From Candidatus Falkowbacteria bacterium (GTDB lineage: Bacteria > Patescibacteriota > Patescibacteriia > Patescibacteriales > WJLG01), in NCBI GenBank assembly GCA_963747695.1, contig CAVVFV010000008.1:267592-331591 (forward strand): DNA of 64,000 nucleotides, read 5' to 3'. Positions 44,294 to 53,697 of the stretch are shown here, one piece after another. The notes beneath the pieces are model-generated. The model made no database searches, was not told the origin of the DNA, and worked only from the letters and a program-made list of their open reading frames with translations. Position numbers and translations under genes: made by a program. Positions within the stretch are counted from its first letter, which is position 1. Each line of letters opens with the position of its first letter.

Positions 44294-45442
44294 ATGCTAA
44301 TTAAAAAAGATAAAAACATCCGAATAAAAGTAGATTGCATTATAATTGGTGCGGGAATTTTTGGATTATATGCTGCTTCGATTTTGGTTAAAAGAGGCAA
44401 GAGGGTCGCAATAATTGAAAAGAGTTTAAAACCATTTTCACGCGCTAGTTCTATAAATCAAGCAAGAGTCCATAATGGATATCATTATCCACGCAGCTAT
44501 GTCACCGCTAAAAAAGTGGCAAATTATTACGATAGATTTACAAAAGATTTCGATTTTGCAATCAATGATTCTTTCGAGCAAATATACGCCATTGCAAACA
44601 AAGGATCGAAAACATCAGCCGAACAATTTATTAATTTTTGCCAAGAAGTCGATATACCTTTGCGTGAAATTGATTCTAATATTTATTTTAAAAAAAATTC
44701 AGTGGAGGCATCATTTTTGACCCGAGAATGCGGCTTTGATTTTTTAAAAATTAAAAACTATTTACTTCGCGAGGTGGGAGAATCGGTACTATTTTTTTAT
44801 GGAACTAGCATTGATTTAGTTAATATTGATAATTCGTTATATGTGCTCACGCTCACAAATGGTAAAAAGTTGGAATCACCACTTGTTATAAATGCCGCGT
44901 ATTCGGGAATAAACGAAGTCATCGAAAAGTTTAATCAAGATTTATTCGAAATTAAATATGAGCTATGCGAAGTGGCGTTTTGTAGAGTTCCCAAAGATTT
45001 TCGAAATATTGGCATTACTGTAATGGATGGTAATTTTTTTTCAGTTATGCCTTTTGGTAATAATAAATTGCATACTCTTACATCCGTAAGTCATACTCCT
45101 CACCAAGTGTCCCATGATAAAATTCCCAAATTTTCCAATGAAATTAAAGAATCGGTATGCAAAATGCATAAAGTTAAAAATTGTATCGTTTGTTTTTGTG
45201 GTTTATCAACTGCTTGGACAAAAATGTATAAATTGAGCCAGCAATTTTTAAATTTTAAAATGAACTATAGACATTCTTGGTTTGAAATAAAACCTATATT
45301 AGCAAAATCGGAGAACGATGATTCACGGCCAACAATTATAAAACAACATACTTCTAAGCCGACTTTTATTAGCATTTTGTCCGGAAAGTTAAGCACTATT
45401 TATGATCTGGAGAAGGTATGTGATCAATTGGATGATATGTGA
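44294..45442 (+). CDS. FAD-dependent oxidoreductase
   Basis: N-terminal dinucleotide-binding motif DCIIIGAGIFGLYAASILVKRGKRVAIIEK. Confidence 0.8.
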   Translation: MLIKKDKNIRIKVDCIIIGAGIFGLYAASILVKRGKRVAIIEKSLKPFSRASSINQARVHNGYHYPRSYVTAKKVANYYDRFTKDFDFAINDSFEQIYAIANKGSKTSAEQFINFCQEVDIPLREIDSNIYFKKNSVEASFLTRECGFDFLKIKNYLLREVGESVLFFYGTSIDLVNIDNSLYVLTLTNGKKLESPLVINAAYSGINEVIEKFNQDLFEIKYELCEVAFCRVPKDFRNIGITVMDGNFFSVMPFGNNKLHTLTSVSHTPHQVSHDKIPKFSNEIKESVCKMHKVKNCIVCFCGLSTAWTKMYKLSQQFLNFKMNYRHSWFEIKPILAKSENDDSRPTIIKQHTSKPTFISILSGKLSTIYDLEKVCDQLDDM

Positions 45443-45510
45443 CGCAGAATAAATTTAGTTACTGCAAGGATTTTGTTAAACAAATATAAAATTAGCTAAT
45501 ATTAAAAATA

Positions 45511-45540
45511 GAGTGACAACTTTTTATCGCACAAACCCGA
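45511..45540 (+). repeat. island-distal 30-bp direct repeat
   Basis: gagtgacaactttttatcgcacaaacccga (differs from the proximal copy only at tgt/cac). Confidence 0.85.
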
Positions 45541-45566
45541 GTGGTTCAAATCGCTTACTCTCCGCT
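45541..45566 (+). other. tRNA-Ser 3'-end-like remnant (candidate displaced att half-site)
   Basis: GGTTCAAATCGCTTACTCTCCGC versus tRNA GGTTCGAATCCCATCCTCTCCGC (19 of 24 identical), same orientation. Confidence 0.55.
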
Positions 45567-45569
45567 CAA

Positions 45570-45606
45570 AATAAAATCCCGACATAGAGTCGGGATTTTA
45601 TTTTTA
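45570..45606. terminator. bidirectional rho-independent terminator
   Basis: aaaatcccgac-atag-agtcgggatttt stem flanked by an A-run and a T-run. Confidence 0.8.
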
Positions 45607-45634
45607 ATAAACAGTAGCCGTCGAAAGTATTCGG

Positions 45635-46744
45635 CTATTTGATCAGAGTTTTTATCGCCCATTCTCCCGGGCCGATCCGGTACCAGCCGTTTTTATCTTC
45701 CAAGGCTTGGATGGCCGCGCCTTTGGTTAAATGCGTAACGATCGGATATTTGGTGCCCGGACCTGAGCGCACGTTCATAGTTTTGGCCGTCACAACGCCG
45801 CGCGCCACAATAGTCTTAGCGCCCATCAAGAGCGGTAATGAACGAGACGGCTCGACAAAGAATTGCCCGGGTAAATTGTAGCCGCAGGAAGCGCTGCCGC
45901 CGCCGTCGGCTTCCAGTTGATGATCGATGGAAACGCCCGCCGCCGCTAAAGCGTCACTGGCTTCTTTGACCGTTGCCAACTGGCTGCAATAAATCACCAA
46001 CTCTTGGCCGTTGTTGGAAACGCCCAAAAATAAGCGCGCCGCGCCGCCGCCGGCCGTATCGGATTTGGCGATTGTCGGGGCGAAACCTTCAACCGCCTGA
46101 TCGCCGCTCTTGGGGTTCGTAAAGACAGCCGAATCAAAATCTTTGATTGAAGACGTGCCGATCTTATTATTGATGATCAGCATGCGGCGCGCGAGCGCCA
46201 GATCAGGAATCGACCGGCTGCCGGAGGAGATAAACGTCGAAGTGCCGATGGTATATTTTGTCGCCATACTCAAATCGGTGAAAGGTGATTTCATATTGAA
46301 GAAAGAAACATCCCAGAGGAATTTTATCGAGGGGTCGATAGCCTTGGCGGTCTCCGCCACCAGTCTTCGGAAGGATAAATTCTGGAAAGCGCCGATGTCG
46401 GTAGCCGCGGCGTTGGCCGGGGCAATCACTGGCAGACCGGAAGTCGCCGTGCCGGAAGAGAAACTAGGATCATTTGAACCAATATCCAGCGGCGTGCTGG
46501 TGGAAAGGATAAAATTAATCTGATTCTGCGGCAGATAGATCCGCGTCAGAAAATCGATTGCCCCGTTATCCGCCGGCGCTTTATAGAAAGAAGCGATTCC
46601 CGGCGCGGCGGCCCAGGTGATCGGGGAATAGCCGGCAGGAGTTGCCGGTTTCCAGGCGGTTTTTGCCGGAGCCGCGGGTGCCGCCATTGCCGGAACGGCC
46701 GATAAGGCGAAGATGATCAACAAGCCTAAATAAATTTTTTTCAT
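45635..46744 (-). CDS. secreted protein with C-terminal bacterial SH3 domain (middle part possibly phosphodiester-glycosidase/DUF2233-like)
   Basis: Signal peptide MKKIYLGLLIIFALSAVPAMA. SH3b-like VTAKTMNVRSGPGTKYPIVTHLTKGAAIQALEDKNGWYRI. The EADGGGSASCGY motif recalls the NAGPA family. Confidence 0.7.
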   Translation of the reverse strand: MKKIYLGLLIIFALSAVPAMAAPAAPAKTAWKPATPAGYSPITWAAAPGIASFYKAPADNGAIDFLTRIYLPQNQINFILSTSTPLDIGSNDPSFSSGTATSGLPVIAPANAAATDIGAFQNLSFRRLVAETAKAIDPSIKFLWDVSFFNMKSPFTDLSMATKYTIGTSTFISSGSRSIPDLALARRMLIINNKIGTSSIKDFDSAVFTNPKSGDQAVEGFAPTIAKSDTAGGGAARLFLGVSNNGQELVIYCSQLATVKEASDALAAAGVSIDHQLEADGGGSASCGYNLPGQFFVEPSRSLPLLMGAKTIVARGVVTAKTMNVRSGPGTKYPIVTHLTKGAAIQALEDKNGWYRIGPGEWAIKTLIK

Positions 46745-46892
46745 AGCCGATAAAATTAATTGTTATATGCTATATTATAAAGTTAAAACGCGCCCTTGGC
46801 AACCAATGGCCGCTCTGGACTAAGGTGCCTAAAACGCTTATGATTATGGTATAACAGGGCACTAAACCCAAGCGTCCCGCCCGATTTTCCAA

Positions 46893-48575
46893 ATGAAAAA
46901 ATATATTTTTGGCACAATAATCATCCTTTTGCTGGCGGCCGGCGTTTGGTACGCCTGGTCTTTTCGAAAAAATAATGAACCGGCGGCATCGATCGCGAGC
47001 GTGAAAGATGCGACTTATATTATTGACGGCCAGCCGGTAACTTTGGTTAACGGTACGGCCGAAACCGAAATCGCTCCCGGTTCCGCCTCCCAACAAATTA
47101 CCAAATATTTCGGCAACGAAGCGACCGGAGATTTTAATTTTGACGGTAAAGCAGACGTTGCTTTTTTGCTGACGCAAGATAACGGCGGCAGCGGAACTTT
47201 TTATTATCTTGCCGTTGCTCTTGGAACCGATAAGGGGTACCGGGGGACGAATGCGATGCTTATCGGCGATCGGATAACTCCAAAATCCGTTGAATTCCAA
47301 AACGACGAAATTGTCGTCAATTATTCCGATCGAAATCCCGGCGAACCGTTTAGCGTCGCGCCGTCGCTCGGAATGACCAAATATTTTGAAATTGTCTGCG
47401 ACCAGCTGGTGGTTCCGGGCCAAGATCCGATGCCGACCTGCCCGGCGACTTACGCCCCGGTCGGCAATGACGCGGCTACCACTACCACCTCGACCGCACC
47501 AATGCTGATTTATCATAATTCTAAATATAATTATTCTTTCCAATACCCGGTCAAAGCTCTTCCCGGACCTTATCAAGATGATCTAGCGACAAATACGCCC
47601 GGTTACCCATTGGTGAATTATACAATCTTCGAACAGGACAACGATGTTTATCTTCGGCCGAAAGATTATCATGAATTTAATCAGGATATTGTCCGACACC
47701 AAGCGATAAATCGCGATGGCACTAATTGGTGCGTGGAAATACAACCGATTGACGACTTAATTCAGCTGACAACTTTTGTCAGAAATGAATACGGCTTGCT
47801 CTGCAAGTTTACTTTGGCAAAAGCCGGAACTTCTTCGGATACTTATGACGTAAAATTTATTTATGACCAGGGAGGCATTGAAACGTCCGGTTGCTTTCCT
47901 TATCAAACTTATGTAGTGAAATATAGTCCGACCGATAAAGAAGTAGCTTTTTGGAGCGCCGGACAGGAATGCCAACTAGCCTTGGATAATAATTGGCCTC
48001 ATAACGGCTGTTTTGATCAGAAGATTGCCGATTCCTTCGCCTTCGGGCCAAGCACCTCGACCGCGCCTCGGGCAAACTCAATAGCCAGCTCGACGATCTA
48101 TGGCAAACTGGCCGCCTCGCCTTATTCGGCTTCGACGACTTTTGCGGAAATAAATTCCGTGGTCATCGACCAAACTGATTGGCAGGCTTATTCCAATGAT
48201 CAATTTAGTTTTCAAATCTATACTCCTCCGGATTGGGTGTTTAGCGGCGAGCTTGCTCCTCTTGGCAGCTCTTTATCGTTGCAGCCGCAGAATGCCGGCG
48301 ATTCATTTTTTTCCCCGATTTTTTTGGGAATCCAGGAAAATACTTCGACGGCCTCGGCTTGGTTGAAGCAAAATAATGTGGGGGAAAGCGCGGTCATTAT
48401 CATTCCCGGAAGCGACGGCGCGGTAGCCGAAATCATCAACGACGGGACTTTGGTTGTTGTCGTTAAAAAAGGGGATAAAGAATTTGATTTTACCGCGCAA
48501 TATCCGGCCGCCAACATTCTTAATCAGGATGCTATGCTCGAAGCGGTCGCGAAAACGATTAGATTTACTAATTAA
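46893..48575 (+). CDS. membrane-anchored/secreted hypothetical protein
   Basis: 560 aa with an N-terminal TM/signal (IFGTIIILLLAAGVWYAW); no recognised domain. Confidence 0.8.
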   Translation: MKKYIFGTIIILLLAAGVWYAWSFRKNNEPAASIASVKDATYIIDGQPVTLVNGTAETEIAPGSASQQITKYFGNEATGDFNFDGKADVAFLLTQDNGGSGTFYYLAVALGTDKGYRGTNAMLIGDRITPKSVEFQNDEIVVNYSDRNPGEPFSVAPSLGMTKYFEIVCDQLVVPGQDPMPTCPATYAPVGNDAATTTTSTAPMLIYHNSKYNYSFQYPVKALPGPYQDDLATNTPGYPLVNYTIFEQDNDVYLRPKDYHEFNQDIVRHQAINRDGTNWCVEIQPIDDLIQLTTFVRNEYGLLCKFTLAKAGTSSDTYDVKFIYDQGGIETSGCFPYQTYVVKYSPTDKEVAFWSAGQECQLALDNNWPHNGCFDQKIADSFAFGPSTSTAPRANSIASSTIYGKLAASPYSASTTFAEINSVVIDQTDWQAYSNDQFSFQIYTPPDWVFSGELAPLGSSLSLQPQNAGDSFFSPIFLGIQENTSTASAWLKQNNVGESAVIIIPGSDGAVAEIINDGTLVVVVKKGDKEFDFTAQYPAANILNQDAMLEAVAKTIRFTN

Positions 48576-48580
48576 ATTTT

Positions 48581-48964
48581 ATGAAAATTATTAAGCAGAC
48601 ATACAATATCAAAGCGCCGGTGGAAAAAGTTTGGCAGGCTCTGGTTGACCCGAAAATTATCAATAAATGGGGCGGCGGTCCGGCCGCCAAGATGGATGAC
48701 AAGGTCGGCACCGAATTTAAATTGTGGGGCGGGGATATCCGCGGCAAAAATACTAAAGTTGTCAAAAAAGTGGAGTTGGCGCAAAATTGGATATCAGGGG
48801 ATTGGCCCACGCCTTCTAAGCTTGTTTTCAAGCTTTCGGCCGTCAAAGGCGGCACGCAAGTTGATTTGATTCAGACGGGTGTTCCAGCCGAAGATATCGA
48901 TGATATTGCCGACGGTTGGAAAGAATACTATCTTGGCCCGCTCAAGGATTTTTTAGAAAAATAG
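48581..48964 (+). CDS. SRPBCC-superfamily protein (AHSA1/START-like)
   Basis: 127 aa; YNIKAPVEKVWQALVDPKIINKW...GG pattern. Confidence 0.75.
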   Translation: MKIIKQTYNIKAPVEKVWQALVDPKIINKWGGGPAAKMDDKVGTEFKLWGGDIRGKNTKVVKKVELAQNWISGDWPTPSKLVFKLSAVKGGTQVDLIQTGVPAEDIDDIADGWKEYYLGPLKDFLEK

Positions 48965-48991
48965 TTTTATCATTCTTAAGTTTATTTTTTC

Positions 48992-49117
48992 GTCATCCCG
49001 AAGCGGCTCGCGAGGGATCTGTCTCAGCGGATTTCAATATTCATCGAATAATCCTATGATCTCCGTTAATCTCGCTTGGATTGAAAGAGATTCCTGGCGA
49101 GCCGCTTCAGAATGACT
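48992..49117. mobile_element. 126-bp MITE-like element with ~29-bp terminal inverted repeats (GTCATCCCGAAGCGGCTCGCGAGGGATCT)
   Basis: The left end and the reverse complement of the right end match at 25/29 positions. Sits between two SRPBCC paralogs. Confidence 0.75.
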
Positions 49118-49139
49118 AATTATTATTAACTTTAATAAT

Positions 49140-49634
49140 ATGCCAAACAATCAGACAAAATTTGTCGCCCAACCGGGCAAGCAGGAGGTGATTGTGACGC
49201 GAGAATTCGACGCGCCCAGAGAGTTAGTTTTTAAAGCCTACACCGAACCGGAAATGGTCAAGCAATGGCTTGGTCCGAAAGGTTTTGAAATGACGATTGA
49301 TAAATGGGATGCTATTGACGGCGGATCGTGGCGTTACATCCATACCGACACAGCCGGCAATAAATTCGCTTTTCATGGCGTCTTCCACGAAATTTTGCCG
49401 CCAGAGCGTGCCATCCAGACTTTTGAATACGAAGGCTTGCCGGAAAAAGGCCATGTTAATTTAGATACTGCTAAATTCGAATCCTTGCCTGATAACCGCA
49501 CTCGCGTAACGATCCTGACTGTCTTCCAAGACGTCGCCAGCCGCGACGGCATGGTCAGTACCGGAATGGAGCGCGGTATGACCGAAGGCTTTGAACGCCT
49601 GGACGAATTGCTGGCGAAAGAATTAAGTAAATAA
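49140..49634 (+). CDS. SRPBCC-superfamily protein (AHSA1 domain)
   Basis: 164 aa; VTREFDAPRELVFKAYTEPEMVKQWLGPKGF... Confidence 0.8.
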   Translation: MPNNQTKFVAQPGKQEVIVTREFDAPRELVFKAYTEPEMVKQWLGPKGFEMTIDKWDAIDGGSWRYIHTDTAGNKFAFHGVFHEILPPERAIQTFEYEGLPEKGHVNLDTAKFESLPDNRTRVTILTVFQDVASRDGMVSTGMERGMTEGFERLDELLAKELSK

Positions 49635-49643
49635 ATATTCCGC

Positions 49644-50312
49644 ATGAAAATTAACATAATATTTATTCCGAATAACGATTCTGTTCCGAATAAAGATTTA
49701 GAATTCGTTAAGAAGCTGATTGCTAAGCACGCCAAGAAGGCGGCGGCTTTGCTGCCGTTTAAGATTAAGAATTTTACTTTTACAGTTTATGCTTGGCAGA
49801 AAGACGGTGTCAGCGGTTTTACCAAGGCGATCGACTGGGTGCTGCTGAATATTAATTATAAGCAATTTTTCCGAGGCGGTTCAGTCAATCAGAAATTATT
49901 TGATCAGCTGATTTATATCATTTATCACGAGATGCATCATGCCTGCCGGGGTTATGCGGAATTTATGCCCAAAAATAAAGAGCATATCTTGATCAACTCG
50001 ATTGTCTCCGAAGGGTTGGCTGACCATTTTGCGATCGAGCGCTATCCGGTTCCCTTCGTATTGAAAACAAAAAGCTATGACCTTTCGGAAATTTTGCCTT
50101 GGATCAAAAAGCTCGGCAAAGTGATGTGGCAAAAAGAAAGTCTCGATGATTCCTGGCTCTACGGCGGAAAAGGCAAGCCAAAGCTGCTGGGATACCAGAT
50201 CGGCCGTTATATTATCGAGAAAGTTAAAGAAAATAATTCTAAATTAAATGCGATTAATTTGGTAAATGCCGATCCTGAGAAAATACTTAAATTAAGTAAA
50301 ATAGCTTTTTAG
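49644..50312 (+). CDS. putative zinc metalloprotease (DUF2268-like)
   Basis: HExxH motif in IYHEMHHACRG; 222 aa. Confidence 0.6.
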   Translation: MKINIIFIPNNDSVPNKDLEFVKKLIAKHAKKAAALLPFKIKNFTFTVYAWQKDGVSGFTKAIDWVLLNINYKQFFRGGSVNQKLFDQLIYIIYHEMHHACRGYAEFMPKNKEHILINSIVSEGLADHFAIERYPVPFVLKTKSYDLSEILPWIKKLGKVMWQKESLDDSWLYGGKGKPKLLGYQIGRYIIEKVKENNSKLNAINLVNADPEKILKLSKIAF

Positions 50313-50334
50313 CAACATAACCTCATCACTTTAT

Positions 50335-50709
50335 ATGAAAAATTATCAGGCAAAAAATGTTGATGATTACATTGCCGGTTCAGCCAAAGAATCCCGGGCG
50401 AAACTGGAAGAACTCCGCAAAGTGATAAAATCGGCTGTGCCCAAGGCCGAAGAGACGATCAGTTGGGGAATCCCTTTTTACAAGTATCAAGGAATTCTCG
50501 CTGGATTTGCCGTCTTCAAGAATCACGTCAGCTTTGGCCTGTCGTACGCGCTGGATAGCAAGCTCCGCGAGGATCTAGCCAAGAAAGGATACCCAACCGG
50601 CAGCAAAACCATCCAGATCAGATTTGATCAAAAAGTTCCGGCCACGGCGATCAAAAAAATGCTAAAAGAACGGGCAAAAATTAATGAAGCCAAAAGAAAG
50701 ATGAAATAA
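50335..50709 (+). CDS. DUF1801 (YdhG-like) domain protein
   Basis: VDDYIAG....AKLEELRKVIKSAVPKAEETISWGIPFYKYQG pattern. Confidence 0.7.
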   Translation: MKNYQAKNVDDYIAGSAKESRAKLEELRKVIKSAVPKAEETISWGIPFYKYQGILAGFAVFKNHVSFGLSYALDSKLREDLAKKGYPTGSKTIQIRFDQKVPATAIKKMLKERAKINEAKRKMK

Positions 50710-50726
50710 ATTTTGACCATTCTGAT

Positions 50727-51332
50727 ATGTTTAACTACGAAATTGTTATCCTAATAAGTTGGGGAACCCTAATACTCGTGTGGGTGGTCGGCGCGTTCAC
50801 CGCCAAGAGCGATACCAAGGGCGTCGGTATGTTGTCTTCCTGGGCGAGAAGCTGGCTGCTTCGGCTGGTCGGGGTTGCGCTTGTCGCGTCGGTCATCTGG
50901 AGTATCGCCACGGGCAGGGCGCCGTTCAAGAATTTTCCGCGAACGTTTTCTCGCGCCGTCTTTTTTACGCCACCTCTTTTGCTCGGCTGGGTGGCCGCCG
51001 TCCTGGTCGTCCTTGGCATCGCCTTGGCGATCTGGGCCAGAGTGTATCTTGGACGCAACTGGAGCGCCGCTGTAGTAAAGAAAGAGGATCATAAACTCGT
51101 AACCGGCGGACCTTACGAGCTGGTGCGCCATCCGATCTATGCCGGCATAATGCTTGCTGTGCTCGGTTTAGCCCTTACCGGCTCCTATTTCGGCCTTGCC
51201 TTATTGATCATCGCCCCGCTTATGCTCTACCCGCGCCTAGAGAAGGAAGAACGCCTGATGCGTGAGCTGTTTCCCGACACCTATCCTGCCTATCAGTCCC
51301 GCACTAAACGCCTCATCCCGTTCGTTTGGTAG
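50727..51332 (+). CDS. isoprenylcysteine carboxyl methyltransferase (ICMT/PEMT) family membrane methyltransferase
   Basis: LVTGGPYELVRHPIYAGIMLAVLG motif and 4-5 TM helices. Confidence 0.82.
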   Translation: MFNYEIVILISWGTLILVWVVGAFTAKSDTKGVGMLSSWARSWLLRLVGVALVASVIWSIATGRAPFKNFPRTFSRAVFFTPPLLLGWVAAVLVVLGIALAIWARVYLGRNWSAAVVKKEDHKLVTGGPYELVRHPIYAGIMLAVLGLALTGSYFGLALLIIAPLMLYPRLEKEERLMRELFPDTYPAYQSRTKRLIPFVW

Positions 51333-51358
51333 GAAGTAAACTAATAAATTACAATTCT

Positions 51359-51385
51359 GTCATTCCCGCGCAGGCGGGAATCCAG
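51359..51385. repeat. solo copy of the GTCATTCCCGC...GCGGGAATCC palindromic repeat
   Basis: gtcattcccgcgcaggcgggaatccag. Confidence 0.75.
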
Positions 51386-51442
51386 AAAATTGTATGGTCG
51401 ACATTTTTGCCACTATTTGAAAAATGGTGTAAATAAATTATT

Positions 51443-52075
51443 ATGATTAAATTGATAATCAACGCGGACGATTTCGGCTACAGAAAGCTTTATAATAAGA
51501 TGATCTTGGAATTGATCGAAGAAAATGCAGTCACTTCCACCTCGGTTATGGTTGATGAAATTGATTCCAGTCAAAGTGATCAAGTAGAAAAGCTGATCGA
51601 TATTGCCCAAAGGCACAAGGCAAGCGTTGGGCTGCATATTTATTTCAAGAATACTAATTTCACCTCAGAAATCGAGAGACAATTTGATAAATTTAAGAAA
51701 ATATTTGGATTCGATCCGAACTATCTCGATATTCATAAAGATGATTATCTTGAAGATGGATATCCGGTAATTAAGAAATTTTGTGAAGACAAAAAAATTC
51801 CCTGCAAAGAAGTAAAAAAGCCGGAGATATTTGCCAATGCCACTTTTTTTAGCGGTACGAAAAAATCTTTCGATCGGATTAAAGAATGGCTCGCTTCATT
51901 GCAAGAAGGTTTTTATGTGATCAATTTTCATCCTGGATATTTTGATCCTGAATCGAAATCCAGTTTAAATAAAGAAAGAGAAACCGACGCGGAAAATATC
52001 AGAAAAATGATGCCAATATTGCCTGTTTATAATATTCAACTGGCAAATTTCAATGATTTGGCTTCTCTAAAATAA
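51443..52075 (+). CDS. ChbG/YdjC-family carbohydrate deacetylase
   Basis: N-terminal LIINADDFGY and overall size. Confidence 0.75.
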   Translation: MIKLIINADDFGYRKLYNKMILELIEENAVTSTSVMVDEIDSSQSDQVEKLIDIAQRHKASVGLHIYFKNTNFTSEIERQFDKFKKIFGFDPNYLDIHKDDYLEDGYPVIKKFCEDKKIPCKEVKKPEIFANATFFSGTKKSFDRIKEWLASLQEGFYVINFHPGYFDPESKSSLNKERETDAENIRKMMPILPVYNIQLANFNDLASLK

Positions 52076-52150
52076 AATTAATTCTAAACGCAGCATAGTC
52101 CTGCGATAAAGACTCTGCCGGAGCCAAAAAGTGGCAAAGATTTGATTATT

Positions 52151-53209
52151 ATGGAAAATAATAAATTGGGTAATAGAATAACGGATAACGCATTAGGCGC
52201 GGATAATGGGAAGGATTTGATCGACAAAGGCTTGAATTTTATTAATGATAAATTTAGCTGGCGGGCTGTTGAAGAGAAAATTTTATTTCGAGGTGTATAT
52301 TATGACAGTCAAAAAGTTGGCAGCCACATTATTAAGGTAGTCAATGATCACGGCGAAAAAGCAGTTTTGAAATTACAATTGCGGCCGCTGCCATTTGATG
52401 AAGGATTTATAATTAGGCACATCAACCAATCCAATCGAAGTATAAAAATCAGAACACTTAAAATATTAAACGACCTTCCTTGGAACAAGGAGCTCGGTTT
52501 CGGTTTTTTAATTTTTGAAGATGTTTCTGATTTGAATAATTTATGGAAAGCAAATGTAACCGATGAAAACGATCGTCATTTGCACAAACAATTTTTGAAA
52601 GAATTTTTAAATGATACTTTACCAGTTAAATCTTGGCTGGAGTTGCCCAAACATGATTTAAAAGGCGTTTACAAAGATACTTTTGAACATTTTCAGGAGA
52701 TAGCCGAACGCAGTGCTCATCGTCATATAGATTTGTCAGCCGTTGAAGTATATAAAGATTCTTATTTTAAAATAATTGATAATTTTAAATTTGAAGAAGT
52801 CCATTTTACGCACGGCCATCTGTCCGGATTGGATATCAAATATTACCAAAAAAATGACATGTTTGTGTTGATGGCTAATCTGTATTGGTCGTATCGACCA
52901 CAGTTTCATGAATTAACTTTTCCGATGTGGGTAGATATAATGCATTTGAGAAATAAAAATTTAATATTTGCAGAAGTTTTGGAAAGAATAAATGCTTGGG
53001 GATCGGAATGGAAAAACGAAATTTATGATTTTAATCCGCTGGAGCGCCGGCAATACTGGTTTAATCTGTTGGAGAGAGCGATAATGACTATTATGTTGGA
53101 TTTGGGCGCAAGTGAATGGCTGTCGGATGAAATTGCGGAAAAGCAAAGCTTACTGGAAGCTTGGCAAGAACTATTTAACTGGATAATTAAAGAAAAATTT
53201 ACTAATTAG
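52151..53209 (+). CDS. hypothetical protein, possibly a kinase-fold (APH-like) phosphotransferase
   Basis: 352 aa from ATG 52151. VHFTHGHLSGLDIKY weakly recalls the HGDLxxxN catalytic loop. Low-confidence function. Confidence 0.6.
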   Translation: MENNKLGNRITDNALGADNGKDLIDKGLNFINDKFSWRAVEEKILFRGVYYDSQKVGSHIIKVVNDHGEKAVLKLQLRPLPFDEGFIIRHINQSNRSIKIRTLKILNDLPWNKELGFGFLIFEDVSDLNNLWKANVTDENDRHLHKQFLKEFLNDTLPVKSWLELPKHDLKGVYKDTFEHFQEIAERSAHRHIDLSAVEVYKDSYFKIIDNFKFEEVHFTHGHLSGLDIKYYQKNDMFVLMANLYWSYRPQFHELTFPMWVDIMHLRNKNLIFAEVLERINAWGSEWKNEIYDFNPLERRQYWFNLLERAIMTIMLDLGASEWLSDEIAEKQSLLEAWQELFNWIIKEKFTN

Positions 53210-53220
53210 GTAAAAATTTT

Positions 53221-53622
53221 ATGGACTCAGTCGTTCACTTTAATATGCCGGTCGAAGATCGGAAGAGGGTAAGTGATTTTTACTCCAAGGTTTTTGGCTG
53301 GACGATGAAGCAGTACGGCCCGGAGATGGGCAATTACATTTTGGCCTGGACGGCGGAAACTGATGAGCAGGGGATGATCAAGAAACCCGGCGCGATCAAC
53401 GGCGGATTTTTTGAGAAGAGCGAACGGGATAAAGTCACCAAGCTGACCATCGCCGTCGATGATATCGAAGCGGCGATGAAAAAAGTCGTTGAGGCCGGCG
53501 GAACGATCATCGGAGGAACAAAACCCGGCCAAGTTGAAGTATCACCCGGCCTGGGAAAATTCATCGACATCCGCGACAGCGAAGGGAATATTGTCAATCT
53601 GATGCAGCCGGAAAGAAAATAA
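53221..53622 (+). CDS. VOC (glyoxalase/bleomycin-resistance) family protein
   Basis: 133 aa; HFNMPVEDRKRVSDFYSKVFGW...DSEGNIVNLMQ. Confidence 0.82.
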   Translation: MDSVVHFNMPVEDRKRVSDFYSKVFGWTMKQYGPEMGNYILAWTAETDEQGMIKKPGAINGGFFEKSERDKVTKLTIAVDDIEAAMKKVVEAGGTIIGGTKPGQVEVSPGLGKFIDIRDSEGNIVNLMQPERK

Positions 53623-53697
53623 CGGCTTTGAATTTCAAATTGATCTTCACACACCCCGCCTCGCAGGGCTCGGCACCCCTCTCGAGAGGGGAATATT

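Larger units (their letters stand above)
37494..45566 (+). mobile_element. ~8-kb AT-rich genomic island at the 3' side of tRNA-Ser, bounded by 30-bp direct repeats and a tRNA-Ser 3'-end-like remnant; no integrase seen
   Basis: Direct repeats at 37558-37587 and 45511-45540 (27/30 identical). The remnant at 45541-45566 resembles the tRNA T-arm and acceptor 3' end. Base composition is visibly more AT-rich than the flanks. Confidence 0.6.

Noticed and set aside
37494-45566. Island considered as a prophage or ICE
   Set aside because: It has no integrase, capsid, terminase, relaxase or replication genes. The cargo is purely metabolic, so it is reported only as an integrase-less island or remnant.
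46770-47576. 268-aa minus-strand ORF
   Set aside because: It overlaps the 5' half of the signal-peptide-bearing 46893-48575 gene. It has an Arg/Gly-rich off-frame composition and no start context.
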